A stretch of DNA of 42,392 nt, taken from positions 74,456,425-74,498,816 of the forward strand of contig NC_068985.1 of NCBI RefSeq assembly GCF_001194135.2, written 5' to 3'. Source of the stretch: Octopus bimaculoides (Eukaryota). Positions 1 to 12,397 of the stretch are shown piece after piece. The number at the start of each line of letters is the position of its first letter. Within the stretch, counting starts at the first letter, position 1. The notes below the pieces were generated by a model, which worked only from the letters and a program-made list of their open reading frames with translations, did no database searches and was not told the origin of the DNA. The position numbers and the translations under genes are program-made.

Positions 1-105
1 TTAGAGAAACGTTGTCATCTGCTGGTATTGATACATCAATTAAAAAGCATTTTTTTTCTTCATGATCTTTGACAACTATATCTGGTCTATTTGCCTTAAT
101 TTCTC

Positions 106-168
<63 letters not shown>
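106..168. repeat. (TAT)n microsatellite
   Basis: About 21 perfect TAT units. Explains the poly-Leu ORF at 69..440. Confidence 0.95.
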
Positions 169-611
169 CAAAACAATGCTCACGAAATATCTTTTTATGT
201 AAATACCTCCATCATAAACAGGACAGCTGGAAATATAGTGATAGGAACCAATACACCTGTCCTCCTTTTCAAACGCAATTAAAGCTTATGTACCGGGGAA
301 CATGTATGTACAGGAATGCTTATATACACATATGTCTATGTATGTATGGATGTGTGGGCGGGTATATATATGTGTCCTTAATAACAATAACAATTGACCC
401 ATTGGTGTGCATGTATAGACGTTTATGTATGTACACTTAAGTGTACATATATATATTCACGTAGTTATGTTTCTTTATTTATGTATATCTATATATGTCA
501 GAGTATGCATGCATATACATATATATGTGAGTTTTTATGATCTTTATATGATTTTATATGCTTTTTATATGTTTATATTTGTATATTTTAAATTAACTCC
601 ATGAACTTTGT

Positions 612-752
612 AAATCTCTGAAGAGGCCTACCTAGAGAACCATACATGCACCTCTATTTTCATCCATTTCATCTATCAATTACTCCAGTTTACTAGAGTT
701 ATATAGATAGAATGAGGCATGTCACACTAGGCTGAAACAGCTGTAAGCAATT
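612..752 (+). ncRNA. Type I hammerhead ribozyme-like motif with ~97-nt loop II
   Basis: CTGAAGA (618-624); stem II GGCCTA/TAGGCT (625-630/728-733); GAA followed by palindromic stem III ACAGCTGT (737-744); GUA cleavage triplet. Stem I is weak (about 2 bp plus possible extension). Confidence 0.5.
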
Positions 753-956
753 GTCCCTTCTTCGGTCACTAGAAGTTCTTTTTAATTTTTATTACTGATA
801 TGACATAATATATCATAGGTGTTTGTATATTGTTTTATTTTCCTGTCCTCTTAGTTGAAAAATAAACAGGCAAATTGACGTAATACAATGTCTGCAAGTT
901 GATGAGTACCACATATTCCCCACCATTTTCATATTGCTATAGATTTATATATATAT

Positions 957-1155
957 GGGAGAATTTACGAAAAAAAACAACAGACGAAGACAGGTGGTGT
1001 AAACAACAAATGGATGTATTAGTTTAACGCTCGGGAATAGAGAAAGTCTTTGACGTTTCGAGCTATGCTCTTATGCTCTTCAACTGAAAGGTACACAGAA
1101 TGAAATAAGGAAAGAAACAAGGAGAAAAAAATATAAATGTAGTGGTCAGCGATCT
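957..1155 (-). mobile_element. Non-autonomous PLE-type repeat with degenerate hammerhead (1048-1090, minus strand)
   Basis: Minus strand reads CTTT-CAGTTGA-AGAGC(ATAAGAGC)ATA-GCTC-GAAAC-GTC-AAAG. Stems I-III are present, but the core has U4A and A6U changes and an 8-nt duplication in stem II. A loosely similar truncated repeat lies at ~37650-37760. Confidence 0.5.
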
Positions 1156-1189
1156 ATATTTGTATATATATATATATATATATATATAT

Positions 1190-1401
1190 NNNNNNNNNNN
1201 NNNNNNNNNNNNNNNNNNNNNNNNNNNNNNNNNNNNNNNNNNNNNNNNNNNNNNNNNNNNNNNNNNNNNNNNNNNNNNNNNNNNNNNNNNNNNNNNNNNN
1301 NNNNNNNNNNNNNNNNNNNNNNNNNNNNNNNNNNNNNNNNNNNNNNNNNNNNNNNNNNNNNNNNNNNNNNNNNNNNNNNNNNNNNNNNNNNNNNNNNNNN
1401 N
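1190..1401. other. Assembly gap (other gaps: 11892-12322, 13446-13473, 33221-33305, 37503-37626, 39115-39276, 40731-40740)
   Basis: Runs of N, mostly flanked by (AT)n or (TG)n. Confidence 0.99.
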
Positions 1402-2205
1402 TGTAATGTATATATGTACGTATGGGTGTATATTTATATATGCATATACGAAGGCACATATTTGTACAAGTGTAATAGTGTATAGATATATATTTTATTC
1501 TATGTTTCTGTGTTTTTGTGTATATACATATACGTATATAAACTTAATGTACACTATATTGATTTAAATAATTCGTTAGTCATCAAAAATCTCTTTAGTT
1601 GACGCAGCTACGTACCACATGATAAATTAATACCGCTGTATTATTTATACATCAATTATTAATGTAAAGAAGACGGCATACCAACAGGAATTTCGAGGAA
1701 TAACAGTCAAAACATTAACATATACACGAGCAAATAAAGTGTAAAACATTAAAACATTCCTGACCAAATTAATTATTTAAGAGCTACGAGGAAACCAAAA
1801 GGAGTTGCTAGATATAACAGTCAAATCATTGCTTAAAACAGGCATTTATTAGTTTAAAATATTCATGAAATAAAGTTTGAAATACAACCTAGGATTTTAT
1901 AAAATTACTTATCTTTCTCATATTCCCTTCTTCTTTATATTCATAAAGTTAAGAGACAACCATGGAACGGTGTGTCCCACACCGGCGTTTGTTTCCAGGC
2001 TTTAAAGTTGCCCAAGTAGTCTCAGTTTGTTGCGTGTGAGTTCCAGCCTTTGGGATTATAAATTCAATGCTATGTTTCAGAGTTTTGTGTTTTAAACCAT
2101 AGCCCACGATTTCTGGGATACGATTATAAGCTCATCACAGAACACTGAAGATAGTGCTTCCTGGACGAACTGAATGTCGTACGCAGTCCTTGTTTGCACT
2201 CCTTG

Positions 2206-2217
2206 TGCGCATGCGCA
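2206..2217. promoter_or_regulatory. Perfect NRF1/Ewg-type palindrome TGCGCATGCGCA
   Basis: Exact consensus in a locally GC/CpG-richer, non-microsatellite island. E-box CACGTG at 2269-2274 and Inr-like TCAGTT on the minus strand at 2168-2173. Function is inferred only. Confidence 0.35.
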
Positions 2218-4113
2218 GCGCAACTTTGGCTACTATGGAATCAGAGTTTTTCACAATCAGCTATGGAACACGTGGTGCTTCTTTGTTTACTGTGCTAACA
2301 GAACTTTACTGTGATGCGTAAAATACTCGCTTTTGATTCGCTAAAATACTAAATTTCTTTTAAATTTTAAAGGCTAATAACATTTCAATAACGAATTCGA
2401 GGGAATAATGATTTTATTTTCATAATCAGTATACAAAATTGAATAGAAATTAAACGAATTTGAAAACAATTGGAACAAAATTGTAGACAGTGACGGTAAC
2501 CACAAAAATTCACTTTTACTCGTTATTTTTCTATTTTATACCTTATAAACTGTGAATTTCTCTGCCTACAACTTTCATACATACTCACTTTGTCTCTGGT
2601 GACGGAATACCCAGTGTACGGACATGCTAGCATATTCGTTGGGATATCCCAGAAACTTTACGTTAATTAAATTATTGTGAATGGCTTCAGATACTCGTCC
2701 TGCTTTGGTTTATTCTGGTTCTTCTTACTCTAATGTATACCTACTAACACGTAGCCTAATAAGGATCCATAGCTTCAGCCTCAGTTGTGAACTTGGAACC
2801 TAACGGATGACCAATCATAGCACTTACTCAGCGTACCTATTAGTTTAGATCACCAGTGAACTAACCCCCCCTCATATTATACATATATATGGATACACAA
2901 ATAGATACGTATATGATCATATAGCCTGTCCACAGTATTTGGCTACCTGGTGACAACAGGAAAACGGTGTTATATGACACGGATTTACTCCAGGGATTAC
3001 TTTGTTTTCCTAGATTTTATACAGAAAATATGAGAGATAGCCAATTGAATTCAGATACCGTCTTTATTTAGGACCATTATGATCGTTTATAGGTGCAGAT
3101 GCATCTCAGTTGAAACTTCAAAACGTGCCTAGTTTTTTTTTACTTGTGATTGGAACCTGTAAATTATGAGACACTAAATGCAATTTAGTAAATATTTCAG
3201 CATTATGTGATTTCTAAATCAATTTTATGCATATATGTATATGCGTATATATGCGCGTGTGTATGTCTGTGTGCGCGTACGCGCGCGCGTTCAGCTAATT
3301 ATTTTGGAAACAAAAAAAGTAAATTGTTAAATAAAATGAATTCGTATTAAGTAGAAGAAGTACGAAGAGTTTATAATAACTGAGAATGTACTGATTCGTT
3401 TATCTTTGCTTTCGAATACCCGATAGTCAGGATATTAATAAAATATGTGAAGAACTTTCGATCTTGTTTACATTCATTATGAGGGTTCTATCGTCTTATC
3501 TCAGAAAAAATCTGATTGAAATAAGTATAATACTTAATTTAATGATGAACATTCAGTAAACAGCTGCGCCAACGCTATGATACATTGTTAAGCAGGAGAA
3601 TGAATTCCTATTTCATTCACATATAAATATGGATATTTTGTAGAGTTTAGAATTCAATGAAATGTGCATTTATAAACAAATGTTTCTGAAAAAAACATTG
3701 GCCATTTGAAAAGGATTAATTTACTATCCTGCATTGTGTTGAAAATTATGAGTTAGTTATTCATAATCTAACAATATATATCATATTGAGTCGACATATT
3801 GGCAGTGTGTCCAAGAAAGTTATTTTACAGTAATTTAATTTTTGGTTTTATGTCAGTGCGCGCAAACATAGACATATGTATTCTATTCTTTCACATTCTT
3901 TTGTAGACCCATGCATTGTGAGTCAAACGGAGTGAAGAAGAACTGTTTGGAACGTATTACCAATAGATTTAATCTGCAACCTGGTTGAAAAACTGGACGA
4001 CAAATTTGTTTACAAAAAGTTCGCCATTTTACAGTAGATCTCTAGGTCCCATATCCCCCAGTGGCACATTCAGGGACTCCAAATTAATTAACTAATATTA
4101 ATATAATAAAAAT

Positions 4114-4332
4114 GGCGTCGAGATACCAGAAACGTTAGCACGCCGGGCGAAATGCATAGCGGTATTTCATCTGTCTTTATGTTCTGAATTCAAATTTTGT
4201 CAAGATCAACTTTGCCTTTCATCCTTTCGGAGTCGATAAATTATGTACTAGTTGTGTAGTACGGTTGATCTAATCGACTGGCCCACCTCCCCCAAAATTT
4301 CGGGCCTCGTGCCTAGAGTAGAAAAGAATATT
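4114..4332 (+). mobile_element. tRNA-derived SINE, family 1
   Basis: Head GGCGTCGAG..CAGAAACGTTAGCACGCCGGGCGAAATG and conserved core CTTTCATCCTTTCGGAGTCGATAAATT. Homologous to copies at 25641, 30533, 32040 and 39906. Confidence 0.85.
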
Positions 4333-6475
4333 GATATAATAAAGCATTATCATATTTAATTTTTGTGTATATTTTTAGACACAGTATATTCTTATAAAAC
4401 AATATATATATTTTTTAATCTTGGAGAGTTATTTAGATATGGATTTTTTAATATCAAACTCGTTAAACCTGAATTTGTCTTCCATTCAACTAGTGCCGTA
4501 TGATGCTACGTTAAAATGTGAAAAACAAAAAATAGTTATTCAATCCCTACATATTTTAACTAATATACCTCATTATTCATTATTTTAAGAAAGACCCCTC
4601 AGCAATTACTTAAACACTGTTACCCTACTCTTACACATATTCACAAATGTTTTTTACCTGTTTATATTCCACTACTCAAATTCGTTTCTTTTTCTTACAT
4701 TTTAAACCAAATTACTCAAATCATCGAAGAGGGTTTCATATATTTAAGCCTTGATATACAAGTAGGATTAAATATGAATATTTTAACTTAATGATTTAGT
4801 GTTCATATACTGTAGCATACATACATAAAAAAAGAAGTCAAACAATTCTACATACACTATTTCCACACTCAAATGCAATTATGCAATTAAAACATCATTC
4901 GTAAATGAAATAATTCTGAGTTGAGTATGATTTTAAATTGTCGAATGGAAAACATATTTGAGGTCTTAAAGAAAAACATTTCAAATTAAATGTAAATTAA
5001 TACTGAATGGATGAATTCGTCATGTCTAAAAATTCATCGCATTTATTCAAGTGAGAAAAATATCTGCAGCATCTGTAATAAAAAATCATTTTAATCTCAT
5101 AAACGATCACAACATAAACTAATTGGTTGTCCCCCAAAACTGAACTTCTCACACTTTGAATTACATGTGAATATATAAAGTCATCAGATCAACCTCTATT
5201 AAATTACATCCCATCAAAAAAGAACTTTAACACAAATGAGTATCTATACGGAAAAGATATGTTCGTTTCAGTAAACTATTTGTATAAATTCTTTCAAAAC
5301 AAATCTGCTTCAACATGTGTAAGTACAATGTTATTCAGTTGTGAATGGGAATACTTTCCTGGAACTATTTCCACAGCGAAAGGTCTCACCACTTTCTAAT
5401 ACACTGCAGCACGTTATATGACTTATAAAAGTGTATAGATACACACTACATATATACATATATGCATACATATATGTGTGCGAATTTGGGTTCGTGTGTG
5501 CATGTGCATTACGCACTATCTCTAAATGACATAGTGCATACTTTCGGAAATATTGGTTTCTCTGACAATGCCAGTGATGTGTTCGAGTGATGTGAAATTA
5601 ACATGTAAGCGGCTGAATATTATATAGAGAACTTTATCTACATCCCTTAGCGAAATTCTCAAGCAGATTCAGCGCAACATAATTTGATAAAGTAGTCTTC
5701 ATGCATATAAACTACAGTATTTATTTACTTTAACTCCATCGGGAGTCCAACAGTATATATTTTATTCATGTTCATCATGCGTGTTCTATGATATTATCAG
5801 ATCGAAGGTGATAGTACATTTTCGCAAGACGTGAAAAAATACTGAATAATAAATACAATAAAACAAATATTTGTGTACTTACTAAATCTAGCTTTTATTT
5901 TACTTCTATGTTCAGTACATATAGAGTCGAAAGTTTTGGAAAAATGTTTGCGTTTTCTCTTTTACAAGTGTTTGACACGTGATAATTTTTGTTCCTGATA
6001 CCTTTGTTGATTTTTAAAGATTGTAATTCATCACATCAACTAAAGTGCACACGATACTTTACTGGAGTAGAAAATCTTATTAATGTTTTGCCTATGCTAT
6101 TAATTTGTGTATATGGGATGCGTACACATATTTTACGGAACTCTTGACAGTGTTAGCTCACTCAACACTGACACTCAGTAGGTGTTATCGGTATTAATAA
6201 GTGAAAGAAAAGGAAGCATGAATAACAAAAGTATTAATTGCAGAGTATGAGTCATGAAGTATATAACAGAAATAACGTGGAGGTGAAGTAAATAAGAATA
6301 TTTTTGGGCTGCATGTCTTCAAGACCTCGTGTACTAATTAATATACGGCGGACTTAGGAGAGGCACATATTATGGGGTATATGATCATTGAATGGATGTA
6401 GGAGATCCTGTATTTGCGAGTGATATTCGCTGCACAGACTGAATCAGAGTATACAAACGAGCCATAAGGAAAATT

Positions 6476-6820
6476 GAAGCTATAGTCTATAGTATAAGAT
6501 GTACAGATGGACGGTGCAGAAACTAGACAACGACGTACGTAGGAAGTATAGCATGGAGCATAGGAGAGCGGGTACATGAGCATTGGAGGGAACTTACGGA
6601 AGAGAAGAGCTCATCGGTTCTGTACCAGCACTCCAAACAGGAACACGGGGGCTCACTCAACAGCATAGAAGTTAAAATCTTGTCCACGCATAGATCAGAC
6701 GCAACGCTTGGACAAATTACGGAAGCTACACAGAAAATAGAAGATAAACCTAGCCTGAATACGAAACTAAAATGGAATACTAGAACAAACCTCAACACAC
6801 AACAACCTATAACAGAGTAA
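6476..6820 (+). pseudogene. PLE GIY-YIG endonuclease remnant, copy A
   Basis: EAIVYSIRCTDGRCRN*TTTYVGSIAWSIGERVHEHWREL...LYQHSKQEH...ITEATQKIEDKPSLNTKLKWN. In-frame TAG at 6524-6526. Confidence 0.85.
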
Positions 6821-7153
6821 GATCCCCATAAACTGATAATAATATAATACAATACACTGAAGAAATTGAATGAAATAACTATATACATTACCAAATTAGA
6901 TTAAATAAAAACAAAAAAGATAGAAAGAAAAGAAAAAGTAAGTAGATATAAATAAATGAATAAAATAAATAAAAATAAATTAAACGAACGTGAGACTGAT
7001 AATGCAGGCACGTTGTCCCCACACTTACTAAGCATAGACACATACAGGGACATACGCATGCTTAAATAAAGACATATACAATAGGAATACAAATGGGGTA
7101 ATCATTACTAAGGAGAGACTAAAAGAAAAAAAAGAAAGAAAGAAGAAAGCAAT

Positions 7154-7198
7154 GGACTACTGATAAGGTCACAGAAGTGTGACGAAAGAACTCTGGCC
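7154..7198 (+). ncRNA. Minimal type I hammerhead in pLTR A (core CTGATAA, G8A variant)
   Basis: GGACTA-CTGATAA-G-GTCAC-agaagt-GTGAC-GAA-AGAACT-C-TGGCC. Confidence 0.65.
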
Positions 7199-7225
7199 GA
7201 AATACAATTAATATAAAATAAAGCT

Positions 7226-7520
7226 ACGTAGGAAGTATAGCACGGAGCATAGGAGAGCGGGTACATGAGCATTGGAGAGAACTTACGGAATAGAAGAGCT
7301 CATCGGTTCTGTACCAGCACACCGGGTAGGAACACGGGGTCTCACTCAACAACATAGAAGTTAAAATCTTGTTCACACATAGATCAGACGCAACGCTTAG
7401 ACGAATTACGAAAGCTGCACAGAAAATAGAAGATAAACCTAGCCTGAATAGGAAACAAGAATGGAACACTAGCACGCACCCCCGACACACCCCAGTCTAT
7501 GACACAATAAGATACCCATA
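7226..7520 (+). pseudogene. PLE GIY-YIG remnant, copy B (5'-truncated)
   Basis: Homologous to 6537-6820: VGSIARSIGERVHEHWRELTE*KSSSVLYQH... with an internal TAG. Confidence 0.85.
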
Positions 7521-7881
7521 AACTGATAATAATAGGAATATAATACAATACACAGATAAATAAATGAAATTAAATAACTGTATACATTAACAAAATAAAT
7601 TAAATTAAATTAAATTAATACAAAAAATAGAAATAAAAGAAAAAGTAAGTAGATATAAACAAATGAATAAATAATCAAAAATAACTTAAACAAACGTGTA
7701 TAGATAGGGGATACTGATGAAGCAGGCACATCACCACCACACACACACTTACTAAACATAGACACATACAGGGACATACAGGGACATGCGCAAAACACGA
7801 CATATACAATAGGAATACAAAATAGCGGATCATTAGTAGGGAGACACACACAAAAGAAATAATAATAAAGAAGAAAGCAAA

Positions 7882-7926
7882 GGACTACTGATGAGATCAC
7901 GGAAGTGTGACGAAAGAGCTCTGGCC
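7882..7926 (+). ncRNA. Minimal type I hammerhead in pLTR B (intact CTGATGA core)
   Basis: GGACTA-CTGATGA-G-ATCAC-ggaagt-GTGAC-GAA-AGAGCT-C-TGGCC. CUC triplet, with a closing mismatch in stem II. Confidence 0.7.
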
Positions 7927-8127
7927 GGTGAACACCTAATATATAGTGCGTGTGTTTTTATTGCGTAAACTGGCAACATGACCATCCCCAAATACAAAAA
8001 TGTCTGTTTCAGCATATGAAATCACATCAATAATTTTGCAAAATAAATATATAAACATAACGACGTGAGCCCTAGCCAGGCTAGCAAGGCGCTAAAATAC
8101 ATTATATTCAGTTGCCAATAGAAAACC

Positions 8128-9052
8128 GTGACGACTCACCAACCTGTGGCAAAAGCAACTGACACAGATGAAAAGTCGGTACTTCAACTACCACCAAAAT
8201 ATGCTGTCTATAATAAGGTAAATAGCATTCGATGCCTCTCTGAAATTGAAAAGTCATTCACAAAAATACGTTGGAATTTAAATATGTACAACAACAACAA
8301 CAACATAAACGTCAACAACAATAACTGCAGCAACAACAACAACACGAACGACAACAACAATATCAACAAAAACACAAGCAATAATGGTCTCAGCAACAAG
8401 AACAACATGAACAACAACAACAAGAACAACACGAATGACAACAGCAGTAGAAACAACAACAACACGAACAAATACAACCGCAACGACAGCAACGACAACT
8501 GCAAAAACGAACACATGAACACAAGCAACAGATACAAATACAAGAGCAAAAACAGAGAAAAAAATCGAATACAACAACAACAACAACAACAACGGTAACA
8601 GGAGGAACGGACACACGGACACACACACAGATGGCCGTAGGCACAAGGACACGAATAAAAGTAGGGTCATGGGTGGGGGTCATAAGGTAGAGTAAAGTTG
8701 AATGCAACAGAATTCTTGGATAGGGAGTCAGTAGACTTGAAACAGAAAACACTGCTGCTGCTAGAAACAGAAACAACAACCACAACAGGGGGAATGGCAG
8801 GGACCAGCAGGCAGACATAAGAACTAACACTAATACTAACAACACATACAGCGACACCAGGTAAAGGAACAACAAGAATATGACTGGCGATAATCAGTGA
8901 GATAGTAATAGTGGTAGTAGAAGTAATAGGGGTACTGGTAGTAATAGTAGCAGTAGCAGTAGCAGTAGTAGTGGTGGTGGTTGTGGTGGTGGTGGTGGTG
9001 GTGGTGGTAGTATTATTATTATTATTGTTCAGTAGTTTTATTTTTAACAATA

Positions 9053-9130
<78 letters not shown>

Positions 9131-10608
9131 CAGTGATGGCGGTAGCAGTAGTGGGGTTGATGGTAGCAGTAATGGTGGTAGTAGTAATGGTAGTAAGGAA
9201 GATAACCTAGAAGATAATCAACACAATGAATCATGAATACCCACCCACTTGACACTCAGTTCTTCAACATATGTGACAAATCTTACAACATGCGCCGTAT
9301 TTACCCGACAACACTACCCTCTAACAAAAGGGTCTTCATCCCAAGACATACTAGTGACCACATGGAAGCACAAGTCACTATAGCTAGAACTATGCACTAA
9401 GAGACATAATATGACAGAGGCCCAACAACTCTGGAATATACCAGCGTGTGGCCTACGTAAGCTCATGCAGCGCACGAGAAATGGAGAGGTGCATGCCTAC
9501 CAACAGATAAGTCCGGCAAGATGTCGAGAGACAGCTTGCCGAACTACATCAAGGCAATGCAACCTCACATCGCCAATATGAAAGTAACAACTTTACAGGG
9601 ACATGAGGAGAGAGACGAATTCCTCATCGCCCACATGATGATATGGACAATTGTTCTTGGACCTCAGAAACGCACGGCAAACAATTTCCAAGCCTGGCGA
9701 AACGATATTCAGGCGTTGTATGAACTCTGCAAGGACCACAAAATAACCACTGATCCAGTGGCGAGGCCACCAACAAGACCAGTCTGTGGAGCAAATATCG
9801 CTAGCAACTGCAGGGTCTCCTACATCTTCTCAATGATCATACGCCCCATAATCCAGATGTCACCTGACGTTTGTGACAGCACGGAAGATATCCTTAGCAG
9901 GATCAACGACTGTAACAACACCTGCCCACAGGATTTATAGTGGTTAGCATGGATGTGGTATCCCTATACCCCTCTATCAACGTGGATTTTGCGGTGGAGA
10001 AGTGCGTGGAGATGATCAACAAGAGCGAAGTGGAGTTCCGCAATGTCAACAGAGGAACTGGGCCTCCTACTTAGACTGACATATGACGATGAATATCTCG
10101 ACAAATATGATCTTAGAAGTTTCTACCCAGTAGATGTTTAAGAGGTAGACCACCTACAATCACGTCTATGGCTAGGAAGACACCTATAGAAAGATGGGGC
10201 GGATGGACCCCCGAAAACGAATATCAAGTAAAGAAAATGATCGCACATGCACTATAAGCAAGTATAAGAGTTACCCTAAAAGGCCACACGTTTAAGTTTA
10301 ACAATAAAATATACGCCCAGGATAAGGGAGCAACCATCTGGGTTAGTATTGCCGGTGATGTGGCCAAACATTTCATGGTATGGTGGGACAGAAGGCTTAA
10401 AAAACGCTTGACATTGAACTCCACACTCAAGATCATATACTCTTGCTATGTCGATGATATCAACATAGTAGTAACGGCACCCCCACAAGAGAGTACTCTT
10501 GAAATAGAAAGAGAAACAAATACTATGGAGAGCATCCAGCAAATAGCTAAACACCCTACCCATAGACTGCTAGTACTAGATACAGAACTCTGGCTGGAAC
10601 ACTAGCAG
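8128..10608 (+). pseudogene. PLE polyprotein remnant: N-terminal domain, low-complexity insert, reverse transcriptase
   Basis: SVLQLPPKYAVY...EIEKSFTKIRW; PSNKRVFIP; GLRKLMQR...PTDKSGK; LCKDHK...PPTRPVCGAN; SMDVVSLYPSI; FNNKIYAQDKGA..VSIAGDVA; SCYVDDINIV. Multiple stops and frameshifts. Thumb and endonuclease are deleted. Confidence 0.88.
8287..9200. repeat. Compound trinucleotide low-complexity tract (AAC-rich, then GTA/GTG/TTA-rich) inside the PLE ORF
   Basis: Visible AAC, GTG, TTA and GTA arrays. Source of many spurious ORFs in the track. Confidence 0.9.
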
Positions 10609-10974
10609 AAACCTCAACACAGCACAACCTATGACAGAGTAAGATCCCCATAGACTGATGATAATATAATACAATGCAATGAAGAAATTGAATTAAATAA
10701 CTATATACATTAACAAATTAAATTAAATGGCAACAAAAAAGATAGAAAAGAAAAAGTAAGTTGATATAAACAAATGAATAAAATAAATAAAAATAACTTC
10801 AACGAACGTGTATAAACAGGTGATATTGATAATGCAGGCACATTCTCCCCACACTTACTAAACATAGACACATACAGGGACATACGCATGCTCAAATAAA
10901 GACATATACAATAGGAATATAAACTGGCAGATTATTACTAAGGAGAAACACAAAAAAAGAAAGAAGAAAGCAAA

Positions 10975-11019
10975 GGACCACTGATAAGGTCACAGAAGTG
11001 TGACGAAAGAACTCTGGCC
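10975..11019 (+). ncRNA. Minimal type I hammerhead in pLTR C (core CTGATAA)
   Basis: GGACCA-CTGATAA-G-GTCAC-agaagt-GTGAC-GAA-AGAACT-C-TGGCC, nearly identical to the pLTR A copy. Confidence 0.65.
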
Positions 11020-11132
11020 GAAATACAATTAATATAAAATAAAGCTGAAGCAAGTGTACACCAAATATATAGGGCGTGTATTTTTATTGGCTAAACTGGC
11101 AACATGACCGTTCCCAAATAAAACTATGTATA

Positions 11133-11136
<4 letters not shown>

Positions 11137-11197
<61 letters not shown>

Positions 11198-11208
11198 GTG
11201 TGTGTGTG
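11137..11208. repeat. (TG)n microsatellite abutting the PLE 3' end
   Basis: About 35 TG units. Confidence 0.95.
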
Positions 11209-11856
11209 TATATATATACATATATATATATATACACATACACACAAATATAAGTACTTCATGGATGTTAATTTCAAAATAACAATCATTTGTTATATCC
11301 CGACTACTTTATTGCTGCTTCATTAACAACATGTCTGTCTTTAAATATAGAAACCATGGTGCCAGGATAAATATGCCAACAAATTCCTAAAGAGACGATT
11401 CGATTCTTGGATTTTATATGAATTTCATGACATCAAAATATATGGTTGAATTCATTAAGTGCTAAATTTGTTCTCTTTATTTTTGATGACAATTAAAACC
11501 ACATTATAATCAATATAACCCTTATTTCCTTATTTGTTTAAAATCGCAATCAGTTACAATAGCTCTAGTTACAGTGTTCAAATCTAAGAATATTTGATGT
11601 GAATTCACATTTTCCTTCAACGAATAAACTGAGATCACGTCCAAAATTTAGGCAGTATTCTGTATGTATATGTTTACATCGTGACATTGACATTATCAGT
11701 ATAAATGAATCCTTTGATATCGTGTATTATATATTTTTACTGACGAAGAATATTTTAAATGAACACTGCATTCTGCTAATGTATTTTGACAGGAAATATC
11801 TTTTTGGTATTATAAATGAGATTGATAGCCGCCTTGACGTAACCAGCAATTGTGGA

Positions 11857-11891
<35 letters not shown>

Positions 11892-12397
11892 NNNNNNNNN
11901 NNNNNNNNNNNNNNNNNNNNNNNNNNNNNNNNNNNNNNNNNNNNNNNNNNNNNNNNNNNNNNNNNNNNNNNNNNNNNNNNNNNNNNNNNNNNNNNNNNNN
12001 NNNNNNNNNNNNNNNNNNNNNNNNNNNNNNNNNNNNNNNNNNNNNNNNNNNNNNNNNNNNNNNNNNNNNNNNNNNNNNNNNNNNNNNNNNNNNNNNNNNN
12101 NNNNNNNNNNNNNNNNNNNNNNNNNNNNNNNNNNNNNNNNNNNNNNNNNNNNNNNNNNNNNNNNNNNNNNNNNNNNNNNNNNNNNNNNNNNNNNNNNNNN
12201 NNNNNNNNNNNNNNNNNNNNNNNNNNNNNNNNNNNNNNNNNNNNNNNNNNNNNNNNNNNNNNNNNNNNNNNNNNNNNNNNNNNNNNNNNNNNNNNNNNNN
12301 NNNNNNNNNNNNNNNNNNNNNNTGAGATTGATAGCCGCCTTGACGTAACCAGCAATTGTGGATATATGTATATATATACATATATATATGTATATAT

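Larger units (their letters stand above)
6400..11127 (+). mobile_element. Degenerate Penelope-like retroelement array (Neptune-like): [EN-pLTR][partial EN-pLTR][N-term-RT-deletion-pLTR]
   Basis: GIY-YIG and RT motifs by hand translation. Three homologous ~400-500 bp pLTR blocks (~6790-7225, ~7470-8010, ~10595-11127), each with an HHR. Partial-tandem layout is typical of PLEs. The left boundary is approximate. Confidence 0.88.

Noticed and set aside
1978-1990. 12-bp match ACACCGGCGTTT to the reverse complement of 13282-13293
   Set aside because: An isolated short match with no extension, probably chance.
3925-4030. Tc1-like C-terminal peptide WNVLPIDLICNLVE
   Set aside because: A single short motif with no TIR or additional support.
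11735-11806. CTGACGA...GAAATATC motif
   Set aside because: The possible stem II does not abut GAAA, and stem I cannot form.
11817-12376. ~54-bp direct repeat (TGAGATTGATAGCCGCC...) on both sides of the N gap
   Set aside because: Identical sequence flanking a gap next to (AT)n is most likely an unmerged contig overlap rather than a biological duplication.
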